A stretch of DNA of 64,000 nucleotides from Savitreella phatthalungensis. Its lineage: Eukaryota. This document shows, in pieces, positions 11,215-21,180 of this stretch. The stretch is from positions 62,001 to 126,000 of the forward strand of contig AP039707.1 in NCBI GenBank assembly GCA_051599415.1. The letters are read 5' to 3'. A model generated the notes under the pieces. It did no database searches and had not been told where the DNA came from. It worked only from the letters and a program-made list of their open reading frames with translations. Made by a program: the position numbers and the translations under genes. Within the stretch, counting starts at the first letter, position 1. The number at the start of each line of letters is the position of its first letter.

Positions 11215-13059
11215 ATGCTTTCGCTACGTCGACTCACTCCTGCTCGTCGACAATTCGTCAGGGCAATTTCTACGGGCCTGTCAACCGAGGGACCGCTCAA
11301 GTGCGCCTTATCCGGTAAAGCTCTACTGAATGCACCTGCTTTCAACAAAGGCAGCGCATTTACACACCAGGAGAGGCGAGACTTCGGTCTCGAGGGCCTT
11401 CTGCCAGATGCCGTGCATACACTCGAGGACCAGATTGAGCGAGCCCACCACCAGTACAACTCTCTCCCGAGTAATCTGCTCAAGAACACCTTCATGACCT
11501 CCATGCACGACCAGAACCAGGTCCTCTTCTACGCTCTTTTTGAAAGGTACTTGAAGCGTATGATGCCGATCGTCTACACACCGACGACCGGTGATGCCAT
11601 CTCGAGCTACTCCCGCCTCTTCCGGCGGCCCGAAGGGTGCTTCTTGACTGTGGAGGACTCTGCAGACGATATTGACGTCAAGCTTGCCCAGTATGGTGGC
11701 GCAGAAGACGTGGACTACATCGTTTGCAGTGATGGCGAGGCGATCCTGGGTATTGGCGACCAGGGTGTCGGCGGCATCGGCATCAGCACTGCCAAGCTCG
11801 CGCTCATGACGTTGTGTGGCGGGCTCCACCCATCTAAGGCACTTCCCATCGTTCTCGATGTCGGCACAGACAACCAGTCTCTGCTACACGACGAGCTCTA
11901 CCTCGGTCTCCGCAGAGAACGGACGCGAGGGCAGAAGTACGATGACTTCCTCGATCGTTTCGTCAAGGCTGTCCAGCACCGCTTCCCGAAGGCTCTACTC
12001 CACTTCGAGGACTTTGGAACGTCAAACGCGCGCAAGCTTCTCGATCGCTACCGCGGTGATATGCTCTGCTTCAATGACGACTCTCAAGGCACGAGCGCCG
12101 TCGTCCTCGCTGCTCTCACAGCTGGATCTTGGGTCACAAAGCAAGACCTCCACCAGCAAAAAGTCGTCATCTTTGGAGCGGGCACGGCAGGCATCGGCAT
12201 CGCCGACCGGATCAAAGAAGCCATGCAGTCCGAAGGACTCTCAGAAAAAGAAGCGCTCGGACAAATCTTCCTGATCGATCGACCGGGCCTTTTGCTCGAG
12301 TCTCACGACGTCTCACCCTACCAGAAGCCGTACATCAAGCAGGATGCAACATTCGAGGAAGACAAGGACAAAGATGGGCGTGTAAATCTGCTCGCGACTG
12401 TTCGAAAGGTCAAGCCTGATGTCCTCCTAGGTGTCTCTGGCCAGCGCGGGAGCTTCACGAAAGAGGTAATCGAGGAGATGAGCAAGCACGGGAAAAGACC
12501 GATCGTATTGCCGCTCTCCAACCCGACCAGCCTGATCGAAGCATCCCCCGAAGACATCAATACCTGGTCAAATGGCAAAGCACTGATTGCTACTGGCTCG
12601 CCCTTTCAGCCAGTCGAGCACGACGGCAAGCGATACGAGATCGGTGAGTCAAACAACGCGCTTGTGTACCCCGGGCTCGGATACGGTGCGGTACTTGCTC
12701 GAGCTTCACGAATGTCAGACGGTATGATCATTGCCGGTGCGAAGGCGCTTGCCAGCAGGGCTCCGGCTCTACAAGATCCAGATCTCGCCCTCCTGCCAGA
12801 CATCAAGTATGTGCGAGAGACGTCGACCCATGTCGCTGCGGCGGTCATCAAAAAAGCTGTCGAAGAAGGTCTGGCAAACACAAAGGATATTCCGGTCCAC
12901 AACGATGACGTTCTCCTCGAATGGGTCACCAAGCAGCAGTGGAAGCCAGTCTACAGGACCCTCGAGAGAGTACCCTTGGAAGGCGCAACCTCGCAGCAAA
13001 AAGGAGCTACCGGTATCGGCGCGCTCACACTCGATGCTGCCAATCGCGAGTTTCTATAG
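11215..13059 (+). CDS. MAE1: NAD(P)-dependent malic enzyme, probably mitochondrial
   Basis: FNKGSAFT, PIVYTPT, DGEAILGIGDQG, FEDFG, FNDDSQGT, GAGTAG, PLSNPT motifs. First ATG at 11215 gives an Arg-rich presequence (MLSLRRLTPARRQFVRAIS). Confidence 0.95.
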   Translation: MLSLRRLTPARRQFVRAISTGLSTEGPLKCALSGKALLNAPAFNKGSAFTHQERRDFGLEGLLPDAVHTLEDQIERAHHQYNSLPSNLLKNTFMTSMHDQNQVLFYALFERYLKRMMPIVYTPTTGDAISSYSRLFRRPEGCFLTVEDSADDIDVKLAQYGGAEDVDYIVCSDGEAILGIGDQGVGGIGISTAKLALMTLCGGLHPSKALPIVLDVGTDNQSLLHDELYLGLRRERTRGQKYDDFLDRFVKAVQHRFPKALLHFEDFGTSNARKLLDRYRGDMLCFNDDSQGTSAVVLAALTAGSWVTKQDLHQQKVVIFGAGTAGIGIADRIKEAMQSEGLSEKEALGQIFLIDRPGLLLESHDVSPYQKPYIKQDATFEEDKDKDGRVNLLATVRKVKPDVLLGVSGQRGSFTKEVIEEMSKHGKRPIVLPLSNPTSLIEASPEDINTWSNGKALIATGSPFQPVEHDGKRYEIGESNNALVYPGLGYGAVLARASRMSDGMIIAGAKALASRAPALQDPDLALLPDIKYVRETSTHVAAAVIKKAVEEGLANTKDIPVHNDDVLLEWVTKQQWKPVYRTLERVPLEGATSQQKGATGIGALTLDAANREFL

Positions 13060-13782
13060 ACTGGAGCAGTCTGATCACTGATACCTGTCCATCGACACAG
13101 GTGCTCATACTGGACTGTAACCCCTTTCGCCATCCTTTATTCCGTCATGCGGATCGGATTGCATTCTCTTGTGGCGCATTGCCTGGCAACGGTGGCTCTG
13201 TCTCGGTTTCCCAATTTGGCAGCGTCACACCCTCACACTCGCACAAAAACTTTTCTCTTTTTGTTTACTCTTTACCAAATCGAGCTTTTCACAGTCGCCA
13301 GATATCCAACCTGTCAAGTTTCACATATACACAAACCATTTTGACAGTCTCCAGATTAAAAATCATCAACCCTGTCACAGTCAAGACAAAAGGCTTCAGA
13401 TGACGGAAGATGCCAATGCACGACAGCAGGAAAGCTCGATCTACAGCATTCCTCAGGCGACCACGCTCACGCTTACGGTCATATCAAGTCAAGGCAAGTC
13501 AATTCAAGTGAGACTCGCTGAACGTTCAACCACAACAGTCAAGCATGAAGCCAGCAACGGTAAACACTTCGTTGGCCTAGAGGATACACAACATCCAAAC
13601 CTCTCACCTGTCTATCTACCTATACACATACGTACATATACACAAATACAAACACACATATACACACTCTCTCTCTCTCTGTCTCTTGTCAAACTCATCC
13701 ACTCTCTTTCACCCTATCTGGGATACGCTCTCTCTCTCTCACTTGTACATCTGTCGTCCACACTCTCCTCCTCAAGCACGAT

Positions 13783-15177
13783 ATGGCCTCGGCAGTCTCC
13801 GGATCGACCGGCCTTGTCGATAAATCCCTTTCTCCAACCAACGGCAATTCTCAACGTCGTCCCATCTCTTCCACATTCGTCAAGACTCCAGCCCGAGACT
13901 CAGTCCGTGGAGAAGATGTATTCGCCTTCGACCAAGCACTGGACGGGGTCTCAAGTACAGCCGCAACTCTCCAGTTCGGTGAAGACCTCCGGCCACCTAG
14001 CGTAACCAAAGTCGGTGGCTACAAAGCGACCGTCGTGCATGCTAGCAGGCTTGACCAGCACCGGCTCCCACCAAAGCCTGGCAATGTACTTGCCCCGCCA
14101 TTCCGGCGCCCATCACCTTCAAGTGGCCACCCATACTCACGCCCGTTCCTCTACCAGTCGAATGGTCGTGTTGGTGGGATGCGCGACTCGGTCTCATCGA
14201 CTAGCTTGTCCCTGCGCAGTCGCACGCCCGACCTCATCCAGCCCGACAACCCATACGAGCGCGACCACGCGAGAGCTACCTGGGCGACCATCTACTCTGC
14301 CTCAGGCCCACGGCGCTCCAACCGCGCGCTCGTCAACGTCTGGCAGGACCAAGATGGCGAGACTTCCACCACTCACCCCGCCCCTCAGCGGACCGTCTCT
14401 GCTGCAGACACGACAGCCGCAGGCCGAATCTACGACGCCTACAACTCGACCTCGTCTGCTGGCCGCCCTGCCTCCCGCGCAAGCGCGGCCAGCGGTATGA
14501 CGGACGTCAGCCTCGGTGACATCGAGGCTGAACTCGCCTCGATGCTGCAGCCGACGCAACCACTCCCGCGGATCGTTCAACTGCCATCGTCCCCACCTAA
14601 ACCCCGGACGACGACGTCGTCCCTGCCTTCCACGCCGGCGGCGCAGCCACGGAGGGCGACGGCGCACCTGCGTGCTGACTCGACCGATACACGAGCGGTT
14701 CCGCTGTCGCTGAAAGTGACGCGGGAAGTGCAGGTGACGTTGTCGCCGTTCGCTAACGACATCGGCCCCTCCTGCTCACCTACCTACGCCACCCTCCCGC
14801 CGCCACCAGCAGCGAGGACGCTCCAGACACCTCACCTCACATCCGACCGCCCGCCCACAGACGACGCCGGAGGCAAGATGCTGACGGCGCCTGGAAGACG
14901 TGGCGTGCTGGTGTTGTTGCTGGGGTTGGTGTGCCCTGTGGTGTGGCTGTGTGTGGGGTTGGGTTGGTTCGATAGGGTGATCTGGGGCGGTGAGTACGTG
15001 GGCGGATCGGCTAAAGGGTCTGTCGAGGTCGACATCGCAGCAGGCGATCGGGAATTGGCAAAGCGCAAGTTGAGACAGGTTCACACGATCAAGCGCCTTG
15101 CGCTCGTCCTTGGAGGACTTGTCTGGATCGCTGCGGGCGTAGGCTTCATCGCAGGCATAGCACTTGCCATCGTCTAG
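13783..15177 (+). CDS. Hypothetical S/P/T-rich protein with C-terminal transmembrane segments
   Basis: 464 aa ATG ORF; low-complexity body; two hydrophobic stretches (GVLVLLLGLVCPVVWLCVGLGWF; LALVLGGLVWIAAGVGFIAGIALAIV). Confidence 0.7.
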   Translation: MASAVSGSTGLVDKSLSPTNGNSQRRPISSTFVKTPARDSVRGEDVFAFDQALDGVSSTAATLQFGEDLRPPSVTKVGGYKATVVHASRLDQHRLPPKPGNVLAPPFRRPSPSSGHPYSRPFLYQSNGRVGGMRDSVSSTSLSLRSRTPDLIQPDNPYERDHARATWATIYSASGPRRSNRALVNVWQDQDGETSTTHPAPQRTVSAADTTAAGRIYDAYNSTSSAGRPASRASAASGMTDVSLGDIEAELASMLQPTQPLPRIVQLPSSPPKPRTTTSSLPSTPAAQPRRATAHLRADSTDTRAVPLSLKVTREVQVTLSPFANDIGPSCSPTYATLPPPPAARTLQTPHLTSDRPPTDDAGGKMLTAPGRRGVLVLLLGLVCPVVWLCVGLGWFDRVIWGGEYVGGSAKGSVEVDIAAGDRELAKRKLRQVHTIKRLALVLGGLVWIAAGVGFIAGIALAIV

Positions 15178-15441
15178 TAAAAGACAACCCCCGACACTAT
15201 TCACATACCCACTGTAATCTTAATGTATACGCCAGTGTAGGCTTTTTAGTTCAAAAGTGTGGAGGTGGCGTAGACACGCAGCTAGGTGATGGTGACAGAT
15301 GGATTGGGGACTAAAGGTGACTAGATAAATAAACAATAACGCCGTGCGTGAAGATGTGATGTAACATCATGCCGGAGGGAGAGGATGAATCGTATGCTTA
15401 AGTGCGTGCGTGGGTGCGTGCGTGCGGACGAATGTGCTCGC

Positions 15442-18400
15442 TCAGCGGCCATCGCTGTAGCGAGTTGGTGCATGGGTGGCTGCGGCAGGACCGCTGTGGC
15501 CTTGCGGGGCTGCAGCCTGCAAGGGTGGCAAGTAGGGGGACCCGCGTTGCTGCTGAGGCTGGGGCGCCGAAGGGTGCTGGTTGTGGTAGCCGAATGAGGG
15601 TGGTCCGCGGTATCCCTGCTGCTGGTGGTGTGGGGGGTGTGGTTGGTGGTAGTAGCTGCCTGAGGGATGTGGGCCAGTCTCGTGGTGGGAGCGCGGATAC
15701 TCTGACGACGGACCGGTGCGCTGACTAGCCAGCAGGCCTGACGCTGGAGGCAGCGGCAGCGGCCCGCCGAACGCGTGGTGACCACCAGTGACACTCTGGC
15801 TGTGTGCGGACGGAGGGGGAGAGGTTGTGCCCGGCGACCGGTGAGGTGAGCCGCCGTGGTTGCTGTGTCCATTCACGCCATACTGGGCCAGACTGCTGCC
15901 ACCGCCGGTATTCGAGCCCCGGACAGCACCATTTGGTGGCGATCCTGACCCACTGGACCTGCCAGAAGGCGACACGAGAGGCGGCAGGATCGGTCTGCTG
16001 CTAGCGTGGTACCCCGGATTGTGGCTCTGTGAATGGGTGAGAGGGTGGGCGAGTGGATGCTGCGGTGGATACGGATGATGGCGGGTTGAGTCATCGATGC
16101 TGCCGCGCCGACGACCTTCGAAGAGATCGGATGGCGACGGGAGCGCATACGCCGACCGCGACGTCTGCTGTGCAGGGTGCGACGGGTGTGCAGGTGGGAG
16201 TGCGCCCTGTGGCTGATGATGATGATGCTGCTGGTGAGATAGCGCACCCTGGCCGTTGCTGTTGCTGTGGCCGTTGATCGATCGGCCTCCGTCGCTGGAA
16301 TATTGAGAGTCGCGGTCGTGCGAACGGGAGCGCTCTCGGTCGGCAGTGGCATACTCTGGGTGAGGTTGGAAATTCGGGAAGTGGGGCATGCCGTGAATCT
16401 TCGGATTGGGCTGGTGGTAAGGGTGGTAGGGAATCGCGCCTAGATGTTGTCCGGGCAGGGTGTGATGACGCTTGTGAGCTGAGGCGCGGTGAATGCGAGA
16501 TTGAGCTTCGTCGTCGATGGCATGGAAGACATGCTCGGGCAGCTCTCCGAGGACGCATTCTGCCCGATGCAGCGCGATTCCTTCCATATAGCTCATCTGC
16601 TCCTGGACAATCTCGAAACTGCTCATGAGCAGATCACGTCCGATCGACGTCGTCAACCGATACAGCATATTTGCCAACTCCTGCTCTACGCGTAGTTGCT
16701 CCAGCCGGATGCGCAGATGTTCTGGCAAGGCATGGGCACGCTCGCACGCGACTGCGAGCCGAGCTTCGTTGACGCGTTCACGCGCGAGGAACGCCAAAGT
16801 CTCTGCGCTTGTGACACCAACAGCCTGATTATTGCTTTCACTGTTCGCCCTGCCGTTGACACCACCTTGTGCTCCGATGGCTGCGCCAGTGCCGGCGGAA
16901 TGAGGCGCAGACCCATTGCTCGTGCTATGATTGCCGTTGCTCGAGGAGGTCTCTGCGGCACGAGCCGCAACCGTTGCTCGCTGGTGGAACATGGCCAGTC
17001 GACCATCGATCTGCACCCAGGATGGTGGCCTGTAGCTCGCAACGGCGTGGAGTCTGCGCATCTCGTTCTCCGGCAGCTGGGTCTCGTCGAGGAACCGACG
17101 GAGTCTGGCGACAGCGCCGTCGAGTTCTACACAGGCCGCACGCTCTTCACTGCCTACTTGCCCGGACATCAGTCGCATCCTGACGGCCCGCGCAAATTGC
17201 CAGATCTTGAGATATAAAGGTAGGAGGATTCCGAAGTGGATGTTGACGAATTCGCGGTCGGGCGAGAGACGAGGGAGATCGAGCGTTGTACGCTCCTCCA
17301 AGGAGAGGAGAGTGCCGTCGGCGTGGCGCGGATTGGTGATGCGGCAGATGCGTGCAACGCGGATGAAGGATTCAAGCGTGTGGCAGACGGAGTTGATCGC
17401 AAAGGCCGATCTATCTGTTTCTTCGACAGGTGCGAGCCAGGACATAAGCGCTCCAAGCTTGAGGTCGTTCGTGAGGCTGGCAGTGCAGACGCCGTGGATG
17501 ACGCGCATGTCAGGCGCAGCCAGCTGGATCGCCAGCTGCATCAGCTGTGCGAAGCAGGTGTCTGCGTTGTCACGTCGGGGTGCGGTCGAGTCAGGATCAA
17601 AGCCAGTGGCGTGCATGTACGCCTGAGTGCGTTCGATCAGCCGGAGAACGGTCGACCGCAGCAGAGAGGTCTGCTCCGATTGATCAAGCCAGCCACGATG
17701 GCTGCCGGCTCCCGGGGCGTTCCTTTGAAAGCGGAGAACAAGCACCTGGGATGCGACGTGTTGGCTGATGAGGTGAGCAAGGACTACAGCGAGCAACGTC
17801 AATCCGAGCATGTCAATGTCCTCCGGGATCGTTCCCTTTTGCGTCAGGTCGGAGAAAAGGTCGAGCAGAGGTGCACGGAAGGATTTTCGATCCTGGACGG
17901 CCTTGCGAGCGGCGTACCACTCTTCTGGTGTTCGGGCCTCCCACATCTCCAGTGGGTCTGGCAGATCGTGCTGGAGCTCTGTCAGGTAGAGAGATCGCGG
18001 CTGTGCCCAGATATAAGAGACAAAGTTGTCGAGGTGGACGATGATGTAGTGGAGTCGCTTCCAGGACTCTGCGCGTGCCCACTCCGTCCACTCACCTCGG
18101 AGTGAGAGACGACGTCCGCCACGCATGCCGGAGGTGTCTAATGGGCGATTGAGTCCTGCCAGTCTGCCGAAGTGGACGACCTCGTGGAAAAGCTCTCTTG
18201 CGCCAGTGTCCATGGATGCGTTCAGGTGAACGGCACTGACGAAGCAGAGGATGACAGCCTCTGCGAGCACGTCAAAGGTACGTCTGTCATCGGGCTTGAG
18301 TGAGCCGAGAAGTTTCCGAACTGCGAGAGATTCCTCGTAGTAGACTGCCTGGATCATCTGCCGCTGCTGCTCCGACCTGCAGGCAACGAAGCCTCCGGTG

Positions 18401-18837
18401 CATGCCATTGCGCGGATCAGGCCTGGATGATGGGAGTCGAGATCAAAAGTGGGCTCATGGATGAAGTACAGATCGACCTTGACGAGGTCGAAACATGCTC
18501 GTAGAAGAGGTCTGACCATGTCACTTGGGATCTGCGTCTGAGAGGTGCCTCTTGACTTTGATGTGGCTGAAGGTGCGACGACCATGCCGTCGTCCGCCGG
18601 ATTTCGGACCTGCGGAACGGCTTCCTCAGGATGGATGTTGCGTTCATGCCGGTCGCGGAGATCCTTTCTACCGAAGCGCTGAGCGCAGAAAGCGCATGCG
18701 TATGGCCGCTCGTTCTCGTGAGTGCGTTGGTGTCGAGCCAGATGTTCTCTTCTGGTGAATGCGCCAGGGCATTTGTCACACCGGAAGGGATGGTCGGCGG
18801 TCTCTGCCTTGCGCTTGAGCGATCCTGGCGGATTCAT
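15442..18837 (-). CDS. C2H2 zinc-finger transcription factor with fungal-specific TF domain
   Basis: Two fingers (CDKC...HQRTH; CAFC...HERNIH) with an ENERPY linker; FIHEPTF and WTEWARAESWKRL motifs; H/P/Q-rich C-terminus; 1131 aa. Confidence 0.92.
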   Translation of the reverse strand: MNPPGSLKRKAETADHPFRCDKCPGAFTRREHLARHQRTHENERPYACAFCAQRFGRKDLRDRHERNIHPEEAVPQVRNPADDGMVVAPSATSKSRGTSQTQIPSDMVRPLLRACFDLVKVDLYFIHEPTFDLDSHHPGLIRAMACTGGFVACRSEQQRQMIQAVYYEESLAVRKLLGSLKPDDRRTFDVLAEAVILCFVSAVHLNASMDTGARELFHEVVHFGRLAGLNRPLDTSGMRGGRRLSLRGEWTEWARAESWKRLHYIIVHLDNFVSYIWAQPRSLYLTELQHDLPDPLEMWEARTPEEWYAARKAVQDRKSFRAPLLDLFSDLTQKGTIPEDIDMLGLTLLAVVLAHLISQHVASQVLVLRFQRNAPGAGSHRGWLDQSEQTSLLRSTVLRLIERTQAYMHATGFDPDSTAPRRDNADTCFAQLMQLAIQLAAPDMRVIHGVCTASLTNDLKLGALMSWLAPVEETDRSAFAINSVCHTLESFIRVARICRITNPRHADGTLLSLEERTTLDLPRLSPDREFVNIHFGILLPLYLKIWQFARAVRMRLMSGQVGSEERAACVELDGAVARLRRFLDETQLPENEMRRLHAVASYRPPSWVQIDGRLAMFHQRATVAARAAETSSSNGNHSTSNGSAPHSAGTGAAIGAQGGVNGRANSESNNQAVGVTSAETLAFLARERVNEARLAVACERAHALPEHLRIRLEQLRVEQELANMLYRLTTSIGRDLLMSSFEIVQEQMSYMEGIALHRAECVLGELPEHVFHAIDDEAQSRIHRASAHKRHHTLPGQHLGAIPYHPYHQPNPKIHGMPHFPNFQPHPEYATADRERSRSHDRDSQYSSDGGRSINGHSNSNGQGALSHQQHHHHQPQGALPPAHPSHPAQQTSRSAYALPSPSDLFEGRRRGSIDDSTRHHPYPPQHPLAHPLTHSQSHNPGYHASSRPILPPLVSPSGRSSGSGSPPNGAVRGSNTGGGSSLAQYGVNGHSNHGGSPHRSPGTTSPPPSAHSQSVTGGHHAFGGPLPLPPASGLLASQRTGPSSEYPRSHHETGPHPSGSYYHQPHPPHHQQQGYRGPPSFGYHNQHPSAPQPQQQRGSPYLPPLQAAAPQGHSGPAAATHAPTRYSDGR

Positions 18838-20070
18838 CTTCTCGTCGAGCGCTCTAGACGGATCTTGAGCCGAGCTGTCAAAGTCCGAATTGTGAAGTGT
18901 GTGACTAGCGGTTTGCTCAAGTCCTAGGTGGATGTGAAGCCAGTCATTGGGAAGAAGGAACGGTGAGAACGGCGATAGCTAGATGCTGCAAAGGTGTTGC
19001 GCGGAGAGAGTGGATAAAGCGGATTGAGGATGAACCGATGAGCGCGGAGTCTATGCTTTGTAGTTCGGGCGTAAGGGTTGACGAGTGACGAGTGACGACA
19101 AGCGAGACGACAGTGGGAAGCGAGGGTCTCGCAAGGGTAAGATCAGGTAAGATCGATAGTGTCGAGCTAGCTCAGAGTCAGGGTCGAGTGGGGGCCGAGT
19201 CAGAGTCGAGTCAGAGTCGAGCCGAGCTCAGAGTCAGAGTCACGAGGGAAGATGGACCTCACACCCGACGATCAATGTGATAAGTCGATGGAATGGAGGG
19301 CGTGACGATGATTTGTGGTTGCAGTTGTAGTTGTGGTGGATTCGATTGCCCGAAGCTAACAAACACAAGGCGCTTGACTTGATCTTCTTCTGCCACCTCA
19401 AGATCTCGAGCAACTTAAGCTTAGCTTTTTGAATCTCTCGATGTCTCTTAGCGTTGTCTCTGATCCAGGGTCATGTCTGACCCGAAGAAACGGATAGAGA
19501 GAGCGCTTAGGCTTACGCCCACGCTTCGGCTTAGTCTGGCCTCCGAGGGTGAGGAAGTTCCCTGACTTTCTGGATTAGATTCAAAAGGCTTATGCCGGGC
19601 TTGTTTCCCTTATGGCGACCGCAACAGGTGTGTGTGTACCTGCAGCCTGCACGTTTTGACAGGTCGGCTCTGGGGACGCCTGTGGAGGAGATGCCGGTGA
19701 TGCCGGTGACGACTGAACCTGTGTAGATACAAGGTCTCACTTTTCTTGTCACTCCGGCATTATTCACCACCCCTTTGAACTTAGGACTTTGACCTTGGAC
19801 GGCGTGAGATGGGTGAGCTGGATGATTCTTGGGTGCGGACTAGAGCGAGCGAGATCTGGTAGCCTTGTCGGTTTCGGCTTCGGCTTCTATAGAACGGAGC
19901 GGCTTGTGAATAGAATATGAAGAGCAGCGTGGAAAATCCAGCGGGGCTTCCGCGTGAAAGCTCGGTCGATCCTCTCTCGTTTGCAATCTGGGTTCTTCTA
20001 GTTTAGATACCGGGTCAGTCAATGACTCGTTCGCGCTACATTGCTCAAACTCCAGAGCAGATCTTGGAAG

Positions 20071-20382
20071 ATGGATCTGATAGAGGTGAATGAGGAGGTG
20101 GAAAGGCAGCGGCTTGGGAGAGAGAGCTGTCTTAGCAGTAGTGAGAGACCCAGGATAGTGGAATATCCAAGTTCAACTTCAACTTCCGTCTATCCGCTTG
20201 ACCTTGACCTATGGCAGAGTCACGGGGGAATGGATGATGGATTGTCTCCGATGCTGACCTCCCAAACAGTCGAGAGAAGCCCAGCTGCTGGAGAATTGAG
20301 AAAGAAGGAAGCATTGAGAAGGAAGCTCTTCAGCCTAGAAAGAATCAAGCAAGAGCGAGTAAATCCTGCGAAAGGCGAGTGA
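20071..20382 (+). CDS. Possible small orphan protein (103 aa)
   Basis: ATG-initiated ORF with protein-like composition and a charged helical C-terminus (ELRKKEALRRKLFSLERIKQER), inside a 5-kb gene-free gap; no recognisable motif. Confidence 0.2.
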   Translation: MDLIEVNEEVERQRLGRESCLSSSERPRIVEYPSSTSTSVYPLDLDLWQSHGGMDDGLSPMLTSQTVERSPAAGELRKKEALRRKLFSLERIKQERVNPAKGE

Positions 20383-21104
20383 ACTCTGAGGAGGGTGAAA
20401 AGACATAGGACTTGGACATTGGCCTTGGACATAGGCCTTGGACATTGGCGTAATAGCTACAGCTTGTAGCAAAAGGCAAGGCCATGGTCTGTAGCTGCTA
20501 TTGATAGCGTAGATGGACGGGAGCGCTTCCCTTTTACAACCCGCTCATCCTTACTTTTCAGGCCGCTCTAGGTTGAAGACGGCTTCTTGACATTCATGGC
20601 ATTCATGGCATTGATGGCTTGGAAGGGCGGCTCCCAGACCGACGTCACCCTTCCTCGCTCATCTTCTTTCGCCATGTTTTCTTGGTATTTGGTAAAGAGT
20701 GGAAGCTAGGAGGGAGATGTGACGTGTGTCTTGTTGGTCGTTGTAGCTGACAGAGCACATTTGTCTTTTGACCTTACCCGAAGCCATACTCAACATACTT
20801 TTTCCAGATGAAAAACAAAAAACGCCACACTGGGTCTCGACCATGAAGATCTACAGACAAGCTTCACCGTTGATGGCATGGATGATGAAGATGTGAAGCT
20901 GGAAGGGACTTTTCGACTCGGATAAGCTTTTCTCAATCTTCTCAATCTTCAGACGGTCAATCAAGTCAAACACTCACCTGTTTGGAAGTTGTGAAAGGGT
21001 TGGCCAAGCAGTGACTGCAGCTCCACCTAGCCAGGTGGTCCAATGTCCCCTCTTGTCGATCCTCACTCAATCCCAAGAAGAGCTTTTCACCACGGCCTCG
21101 CCTC

Positions 21105-21180
21105 GCTTTGCTTTCCTTCACTTCACTTAGCTTTACTTTGCTTCACTTTGCTTCACTTTGCTTCACTTTGCTTTGCTTCT
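21105..21180. repeat. Degenerate pentamer repeat (CTTTG/CTTCA)
   Basis: gctttgctttccttcacttcacttagctttactttgcttcactttgcttcactttg... seen directly. Confidence 0.75.

Noticed and set aside
13169..14005. 278-aa + strand ORF overlapping the 13783 gene
   Set aside because: GTG start; runs through a CA/CT low-complexity leader and overlaps a better ORF in another frame.
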